Shown here: positions 22,228 to 27,545 of the stretch, one piece after another
Position numbering within the stretch: position 1 is the stretch's first letter
Layout of the letters: the number at the start of each line of letters is the position of its first letter
Origin: a virus
Taxonomy: Duplodnaviria > Heunggongvirae > Uroviricota > Caudoviricetes
Direction: 5' to 3' (one strand)
Length of the DNA stretch: 27,545 nucleotides
Virus record (IMG/VR): IMGVR_UViG_3300045996_000667
Coordinates: 1-27,545 of that record
Position numbers and translations under genes: made by a program
Notes under the pieces: generated by a model
What the model saw: the letters and a program-made list of their open reading frames with translations, nothing else
Database searches by the model: none
What the model was told of the DNA's origin: nothing

Positions 22228-22563
22228 ATGGAAAACGTGAGTGGAGTCTGGGCGATCACCACCATCAGTAGCGCCGATTTCCCAAAGGGCCATAGAACGC
22301 CGGGTGTGGTGCGAACGCTGGAGGAAGCCACCGAGTTGATCGAGGGCAACTACGGCGACATCTACGAATTCTCCTACGACTACGCCGTCGCGGAGTTCGT
22401 GCCGTTCGGCCTCTACTCACTGCAGCGCCGTCAGGTCTGGTTCCGATGGCAGCATGACAAATACGTCAACATCGGCAGCTCTGTTCCTGATGGCATGACT
22501 CAGGCCATGGCCAAGGTTGGCTTCGGGGCCACGCGCATGGCCAACTGGAGCGGGATAGGGTGA
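22228..22563 (+). CDS. Hypothetical protein
   Basis: AGGAG RBS. Confidence 0.7.
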   Translation: MENVSGVWAITTISSADFPKGHRTPGVVRTLEEATELIEGNYGDIYEFSYDYAVAEFVPFGLYSLQRRQVWFRWQHDKYVNIGSSVPDGMTQAMAKVGFGATRMANWSGIG

Positions 22564-22892
22564 TGCGATTCTACCTGTCAGACGAACGGCCACAACTGTT
22601 AGTCCCTTGCAGAATGGCCGTCTTCGGTATCGTAGCCGTAGCCACTGGCCGACCGACAAAGAAGCGGCCCTACACGCCCATCGCTTTCAAGCCGGCAGGA
22701 TGGCAAGCGTGGAACAGCGACCCTGTCATGGAGCACAGAACGGCTAGGCTGAAAGGCGCTGGCTCCTTCTACTGGCAGGGTGCTGTCAAGGCGCTGGCAG
22801 AGGCTCGGAGAATCATTGACAGTGCTCCCAGCGTTCACCAAATCAAGATCGAAACCATCAGCGGACGAGAGATAGGAAGGCTATACCGGTGA
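22560..22892 (+). CDS. Hypothetical protein
   Basis: GTGA overlap. Confidence 0.7.
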   Translation: MMRFYLSDERPQLLVPCRMAVFGIVAVATGRPTKKRPYTPIAFKPAGWQAWNSDPVMEHRTARLKGAGSFYWQGAVKALAEARRIIDSAPSVHQIKIETISGREIGRLYR

Positions 22893-23239
22893 TAGCAACG
22901 CTAGAGGTTGAGAGGACTCGCCCTCGGGACATCCCATGGGCGGAACGGCAGATTGAGGCCCAGCTCAAGCAGCCTGTCATCTACGGCAGAAACGGGCTGC
23001 GGCGCTGGGTAGCTCGTCTGGGCGGCGCGGCCTGCGTAGTTGACGCCTTCGGCAACAAATTCCGGCCACTTGGTAAAGGCTGGGATGACCTGCAAGCTGC
23101 TGCTGACCTCTGGCGACGACTCAAAGAGACGCACAAAGATAGTGCAATTCTCAGCCAAGGGATCTACTATAGATGGAATGCCAGCGACCGGCGCTTCATC
23201 GAGGTTGATCACGTCATCATCAAGGACGCACGGCGGTAA
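22889..23239 (+). CDS. Hypothetical protein
   Basis: GTGA overlap. Confidence 0.65.
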   Translation: MIATLEVERTRPRDIPWAERQIEAQLKQPVIYGRNGLRRWVARLGGAACVVDAFGNKFRPLGKGWDDLQAAADLWRRLKETHKDSAILSQGIYYRWNASDRRFIEVDHVIIKDARR

Positions 23240-23577
23240 TGGGACTCCTCCAGCAAGAGCGGCGGCGAGCGCGCGGCCTGTGCGTTCGCTCACGCTGCAA
23301 AAACAAACCGACGATCAACAAACGCACCGGGTATCCGTTCAGGATGTGCCGGGACTGTCGGCTCGTCAACTCGAAGCAATACACGGCTCGCTACCACAAA
23401 CGCAAGAACGCCAAACGTTGCGTCAGGTGCAAGGGTGAACACGACACCAAGTTTGCCCTGTGCCAATCATGCAGAGAGATGAGGAGGATTAGTGGAACTG
23501 GCAGAACGGACCATCTCCAGAGCGCCATCAGGGGTCTATCAGAAGTTGGCCACGTGGCTAGCGCAATGGCTCTGTAA
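23239..23577 (+). CDS. Basic protein with tandem Cys4 repeats
   Basis: Two R..C..C...C..C units; TAATG overlap. Confidence 0.65.
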   Translation: MGLLQQERRRARGLCVRSRCKNKPTINKRTGYPFRMCRDCRLVNSKQYTARYHKRKNAKRCVRCKGEHDTKFALCQSCREMRRISGTGRTDHLQSAIRGLSEVGHVASAMAL

Positions 23578-23746
23578 GCACAATTACCTTGTGTATCATG
23601 AGGGTAAAAGGATGGCCCTGCGCTGTCAGGAGTGCCAGCATGAGACACCTGGTATCGAGGTAACAGGCGAACCCAAGAGGCTGCTCGACGGTCAACCATC
23701 TCGTCACGTTCTCAGAAACGACAGACTCGCCAAGAGGACCAACTGA
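23492..23746 (+). CDS. Hypothetical Cys/His protein
   Basis: GAGGAGG RBS, GTG start; LCKH..CQEC. Confidence 0.65.
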   Translation: MELAERTISRAPSGVYQKLATWLAQWLCKHNYLVYHEGKRMALRCQECQHETPGIEVTGEPKRLLDGQPSRHVLRNDRLAKRTN

Positions 23747-24114
23747 TGTTCGACAGAAAGAAGTGCCAAGTCATCTCTGCGGAAGTCGCCGTAGCTCTAG
23801 CGCCTATCGCCACACGTCATGGCCTGACCATCGACGTCAGGGGTGGCAGGTTCGACAGCACGACTTTCACTCCAAAGATCGTGTTCAACGTAGCAGACGG
23901 CGGAAGGTTGCGCTTCGAGCAGTGGGCCAAGGCGCTGGGGCTGCAGCCTACCGACTTCGGGCGCCAGTTCTCGTTCGGCGGCAAGACCTACACAATCAGC
24001 GACGTCAACCCGAATGCCTTGCGCTCAGTCGGAGCCACGCGCGACGGCAAGACCTACTTCTGGAAGGCCAGCGACATCAAGAAGCTCTTAGGACCGGAGG
24101 TGGTATGCCCCTGA
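23746..24114 (+). CDS. Hypothetical protein
   Basis: GAGGA RBS; TGATG overlap. Confidence 0.75.
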   Translation: MFDRKKCQVISAEVAVALAPIATRHGLTIDVRGGRFDSTTFTPKIVFNVADGGRLRFEQWAKALGLQPTDFGRQFSFGGKTYTISDVNPNALRSVGATRDGKTYFWKASDIKKLLGPEVVCP

Positions 24115-24287
24115 CCTACTGCGCCATGTGTCACCACGAGTACCTGAAGACTCGGCCGCGTTGCCCCGCCTGCGGCCACGTCCCAGCAAACAAGGAGAAC
24201 CGCACAATCAACGAGCAGGACGACGACTTCACAAGACAGCTCAGTCTGGTAGCGAGTTCGGTCAATCGAAGGAGCCAGCAGCGATGA
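24105..24287 (+). CDS. Zn-ribbon microprotein (untagged)
   Basis: GGAGG RBS; CAMC..CPAC. Confidence 0.7.
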   Translation: MPLTYCAMCHHEYLKTRPRCPACGHVPANKENRTINEQDDDFTRQLSLVASSVNRRSQQR

Positions 24288-25147
24288 GTGCTCGTGCAAA
24301 TTGGAAAGGCAGCCTGTCCATCGGTCTTCTCAATATCCCCGTAGCCGTGTTCACGGCGACGGACGACGTCAACGACTTGCAGCTTAGGCTGCTCCACTCG
24401 AAGTGCGCAAACCCGATCAATCAGCCGAGGAAGTGCGTGCCCTGCGGCGTGGACGTCACGACGGACGACATCGTCAAGGGCTACGAGATCGCCAAGGGTC
24501 AGTTCATCCAGCTCTCCAACGAGGAACTGGCCAACATCAAACCAACGTCCACGCACACCATCAACGTCGACAGCTTCACGCCCGTGAAGGACATCGACCT
24601 GATCTACTTCGACCGGCCCTATTACCTCGGGCCGAACGGACCTGTCGCCTACAAGCCCTACAAGGCTCTCCGCGACGGCATGAAGCGAACCGGCAAGGTA
24701 GCGCTCGGCGTCATCACCATGTATGGCAGGGACCATCTCATGGCCATCCGTCCCGAAGGCAGCGGCCTTGTGATGCAGCGCATCCGTGAACGCCGCGAGG
24801 TGCGTGGCATCGAGATCCTGCCAGGATACGAGGAACTGGCCTCGGCTGCCGATGGGCCGCACGTCGCCATGGTGTCCCAGATCATCGACAGCATGGAGCA
24901 GGAGTTCGATCCGGCTCTCCATGAGGACAGCTACCGGCGAGAGCTGCTCAACCTGATCGAGTCCAAGGTCGCTGGCATCGAATACACCGCGCCAGTCGTC
25001 AAGGAAGCGCCGCCGACCGAGGACATCATGGAGGCTCTGACCAAGACGCTGGAGCAAGCCAAGTCCGGCAAGACCAAAAAGCGCATGGCGAAGGCCGAAG
25101 AGCCGGCGGCCGCGAAGAAGTCCAAGCGCAAGGCCGTAGCGGCCTAA
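24284..25147 (+). CDS. ku: Ku DNA end-binding protein (NHEJ)
   Basis: WKGSLSIGLLNIPV, IVKGYE, IDLIYFDRPYYL, D.YR..L..LI..K..G, basic tail. Confidence 0.95.
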   Translation: MSARANWKGSLSIGLLNIPVAVFTATDDVNDLQLRLLHSKCANPINQPRKCVPCGVDVTTDDIVKGYEIAKGQFIQLSNEELANIKPTSTHTINVDSFTPVKDIDLIYFDRPYYLGPNGPVAYKPYKALRDGMKRTGKVALGVITMYGRDHLMAIRPEGSGLVMQRIRERREVRGIEILPGYEELASAADGPHVAMVSQIIDSMEQEFDPALHEDSYRRELLNLIESKVAGIEYTAPVVKEAPPTEDIMEALTKTLEQAKSGKTKKRMAKAEEPAAAKKSKRKAVAA

Positions 25148-25151
25148 CAGT

Positions 25152-25214
25152 CTTGGGGTCGGGGCTAGTCATAACATTGATACTCGCCCTATCAGTCCTA
25201 GCCTCGGCCCCAAG
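25152..25214. terminator. Long hairpin after ku
   Basis: 17-bp stem with two G-U pairs plus an inner TGATA/TATCA stem. Confidence 0.55.
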
Positions 25215-25244
25215 TTCACCAACAACCACACCAAGAGGACAGTA

Positions 25245-25652
25245 ATGAGGAAATTTGTACTTCTCGCAGCCTTGCTAGTTTTCGGCGCCACTCTGTCGGC
25301 GCAGTCGCTCGTGATCACCGTGAACGACGCCCTGAGCTTCGACTACAGGGACGACTACATGGCCGACTACGCGGTCCAGCGTTTCGAGGTGACTTGGGAC
25401 TGCAATCCGGCGACAACTCAGTGTACCTTCCAGACGCTGAACACTACGCAGTTCAGGGACGCGCTGACACAGGACGGACACTCGTCATACCGCTACGTGC
25501 CGCCCTTCTCCAACGGCAACCATACCGTAGCTCTCAGGGCGTGCAACGCGTGGGGCTGCGGAGGTAGCTCGACCCCTTTTCCGTTCGCCTACGAAAACGT
25601 TAGCCCGCCGCCGGGAGTGCCTACCAACTTCCGGAAGGTTCCCCGTCAGTAA
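25245..25652 (+). CDS. Secreted beta-rich (FN3/Ig-like) protein
   Basis: Signal peptide ending LSA-Q; ALRACN..GC..S; C-terminal PGVPTNFR. Confidence 0.7.
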   Translation: MRKFVLLAALLVFGATLSAQSLVITVNDALSFDYRDDYMADYAVQRFEVTWDCNPATTQCTFQTLNTTQFRDALTQDGHSSYRYVPPFSNGNHTVALRACNAWGCGGSSTPFPFAYENVSPPPGVPTNFRKVPRQ

Positions 25653-25664
25653 TCGGTAACCAAG

Positions 25665-25700
25665 GGCCTGCAACGTATGCTTGTGTGTATGTTGCAGGCC
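25665..25700. terminator. 16-bp hairpin with 4-nt loop
   Basis: GGCCTGCAACGTATGC-TTGT-GTGTATGTTGCAGGCC; three G-U pairs; followed by TATTT. Confidence 0.65.
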
Positions 25701-25721
25701 TATTTACACTAGGAGACTCTA

Positions 25722-26033
25722 ATGGAACCTGTTAAGCTCGGACGCATCATCAAGGGTGACAACGCTGGCAGAGACGCTGTCCATATTGCCATAGCTCCTG
25801 TCAGGGCCGCCCAGATCCTCCAACCAGGCGAACGAATCGGCTTCGTAGATGAGGACCAGCTCCTCGTCGGCCGCGTGACTGACTACGTTGGCATCGTTGA
25901 CCCGTTCATGGGCAAGCCTGTCATGCCCGGACAGGACTTCTACATGTGCCTGTTCCCAGGAACCACCACGTCGCTCACGCACGTGTGGAAACACCCGTCG
26001 TTCAAGGAAGAGGGCGAGCGTGTACTCCAGTAG
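25722..26033 (+). CDS. Conserved phage hypothetical protein, N-terminal half (RDAVHIA..GIVDPF..SL.HVW.HP)
   Basis: AGGAG RBS; recalled family pattern. Confidence 0.75.
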   Translation: MEPVKLGRIIKGDNAGRDAVHIAIAPVRAAQILQPGERIGFVDEDQLLVGRVTDYVGIVDPFMGKPVMPGQDFYMCLFPGTTTSLTHVWKHPSFKEEGERVLQ

Positions 26034-26283
26034 GTCTGAAGAATTCTTCGACGCGCTGAACGACGGATCCAAGAAGTGGCTGCAGGGTTTCGCCGCCGAC
26101 TTCGGAATTCCATTCGAAAAGCTCATACGTGACTGCACAAACTGGGTCGTGAACGACGAGTACTTCTGGTACGAAAGCATGGACAGCATCTCGACCCGCG
26201 AGTTTTGGAATCGCTTTGAGCAATACAGCGGCCTCAAGGTTACTGCCGACAAACGCATCTCGTTCTTCTCCTGCTCCTGCTAG
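26020..26283 (+). CDS. EFFxAL-tagged protein ending FSCSC
   Basis: GTG start; SRSEEFFDAL..WL..FA..EFW..FSCSC. Confidence 0.72.
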   Translation: MYSSRSEEFFDALNDGSKKWLQGFAADFGIPFEKLIRDCTNWVVNDEYFWYESMDSISTREFWNRFEQYSGLKVTADKRISFFSCSC

Positions 26284-26519
26284 TGCATAGGCGCAAGCTT
26301 CGGCAGATTCGTCGCAAGCTGCGAGAAGATCCTCAGCCCCTCACAGTCACTGAGTCTTTCCTAGAAGAGGCCACAGGGGACAGGGCCTATAACAGGCGCT
26401 GTCCGTACTGCCTGAGCCTCACACAGGTGGTCAATGGCCAATGTCAACGTCTCGAGTGCATCGTCAAACGGTCAGCCGACCGCATCAAAGACTGGCGAGA
26501 ACGACAGCGTAAACGATGA
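26283..26519 (+). CDS. Basic Zn-binding hypothetical protein
   Basis: CPYC..C..LEC. Confidence 0.6.
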   Translation: MHRRKLRQIRRKLREDPQPLTVTESFLEEATGDRAYNRRCPYCLSLTQVVNGQCQRLECIVKRSADRIKDWRERQRKR

Positions 26520-26637
26520 GCTGCTGACCTCATCCGCTGACATCGCTGTTAATCTGGCCACCCGAGAGCGCGGCCTACTTGACTCGGCCACGATTGCTGA
26601 GTTAGAACAGTGGCTGGCAGAAACGAACAAGCCATGA
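26434..26637 (+). CDS. Possible hypothetical protein (start uncertain)
   Basis: The 3' part fills the gap and ends in an ATGA overlap; no convincing start. Confidence 0.4.
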   Translation: MANVNVSSASSNGQPTASKTGENDSVNDELLTSSADIAVNLATRERGLLDSATIAELEQWLAETNKP

Positions 26638-27008
26638 CAGAAGCTGAGAAAAACGGCGAGTTCTGGGATGCGCTGACAGGGCCGAAAGTCTACCTAGAAA
26701 GGTCGCGCATTCGCTACCAAGACGAGCGCGACGACAGGATCTATCGCAGCAATGTCGTCTACGACGCGATGCGAGAACTAATGAACGCAGCTCGTAGCAA
26801 GGGATACATCGCAAGCGAGTACATCAACAAATCTATTCAGGCCACCAGTAAAGAGTTCACCGCCGAAACGGTTGAACTAGCCAGATCTTACGCCTACTTC
26901 GCTGGCTGCGATGCTCGTCGCGCCTTCACAGTGGCACAGCTCGTGCTCGACATGTACGAGGAACACCAGAAACTCGGCGGTTTTCCTGTCGACTTCACAA
27001 AGCTATGA
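26634..27008 (+). CDS. EFWDAL-tagged hypothetical protein (no Zn ribbon)
   Basis: MTEAEKNGEFWDALTGP; ATGA overlap. Confidence 0.75.
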   Translation: MTEAEKNGEFWDALTGPKVYLERSRIRYQDERDDRIYRSNVVYDAMRELMNAARSKGYIASEYINKSIQATSKEFTAETVELARSYAYFAGCDARRAFTVAQLVLDMYEEHQKLGGFPVDFTKL

Positions 27009-27103
27009 CAGACTACGATCCATTCACACTGGAACTCCTGACCAAGCAAGGCTTTGACACGCCTGCCAAGCTGAACCTGCGCCTACGAGTGCTACTGACA
27101 TGA
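27005..27103 (+). CDS. 32-aa peptide
   Basis: ATGA overlaps at both ends. Confidence 0.55.
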   Translation: MTDYDPFTLELLTKQGFDTPAKLNLRLRVLLT

Positions 27104-27294
27104 CAATCCGACACGAGCTGTTCAAGCGGCTAGAGATGACAGCTCCTGAACGCGAACAGTGCGAACGTGGGCAGTGCGCTGGCGAGTGGCACATCTGGAC
27201 GCCTCAGAACCCTGACAAGTGCCAGTGCGGCGGGTTGACCAAATACGAATTCGGCGGCCTAACCTTGGTGCGAGAAGTATTGGAGGGACGATAG
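27100..27294 (+). CDS. Cys/His hypothetical protein
   Basis: C..GQC..H.W..KCQCG. Confidence 0.65.
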   Translation: MTIRHELFKRLEMTAPEREQCERGQCAGEWHIWTPQNPDKCQCGGLTKYEFGGLTLVREVLEGR

Positions 27295-27296
27295 TC

Positions 27297-27437
27297 ATGT
27301 CAGACGGACCCGAGTTCTACCAGACCGGCTACGGCAAACGGTTCTTCGATTCGCAACTGCCAGACCTGATCAAGCAACTGACCAGAATCGCGGACGCGCT
27401 CGAGGCGATCCTGCGAAGCCGTGGAGAGAACGACTAA
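27297..27437 (+). CDS. Hypothetical protein
   Basis: MSDGPEFYQTGYGKRFFDSQLP.. Confidence 0.65.
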   Translation: MSDGPEFYQTGYGKRFFDSQLPDLIKQLTRIADALEAILRSRGEND

Positions 27438-27545
27438 TGGAGCGCAAGGCTGAAGTTCAGATCAAGGGCCGCGACACTCACGTCACGTTCTTCGTCAAGG
27501 GTACTCCGACAGATCCTTACCTTGGCTGGAGCGGGCGCACTTTCG
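27437..27545 (+). CDS. 3'-truncated hypothetical protein
   Basis: TAATG overlap; runs off the window. Confidence 0.55.
   Translation, partial: MERKAEVQIKGRDTHVTFFVKGTPTDPYLGWSGRTF

Noticed and set aside
24131-25057. 308-aa minus-strand ORF
   Set aside because: Antisense shadow of ku.

Overview
The window looks like part of a temperate bacteriophage genome, probably in its unintegrated form. About 90 small genes lie almost all on the + strand, and there are no virion structural genes. The dominant structure is an array (186-8789) of 26 hypervariable zinc-ribbon microproteins that all begin with the same short motif, (S/A/T)-E-E-F-F-x-A-L. In 20 of 24 overlapping junctions the upstream gene ends in the same frame offset, with its stop codon embedded in the leader or motif codons of the next unit. 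Four further copies of the motif sit on unrelated proteins downstream, including one with a bL12 C-terminal-like domain and one at an apparent gene split. The array is interrupted by a tyrosine integrase, an attP-like region whose core mimics a tRNA-Leu(CAA) anticodon arm, a complete tRNA-Leu(CAA), and a minus-strand SAM methyltransferase. A CTAG-rich, hairpin- and promoter-rich low-coding region follows (about 8790-11190). The rest is an early-type gene region with Ku, a SpoVG-like protein, a lipoprotein carrying 42 consecutive prolines, and many hypothetical proteins. All family assignments come from motif recognition by eye; no searches were run.
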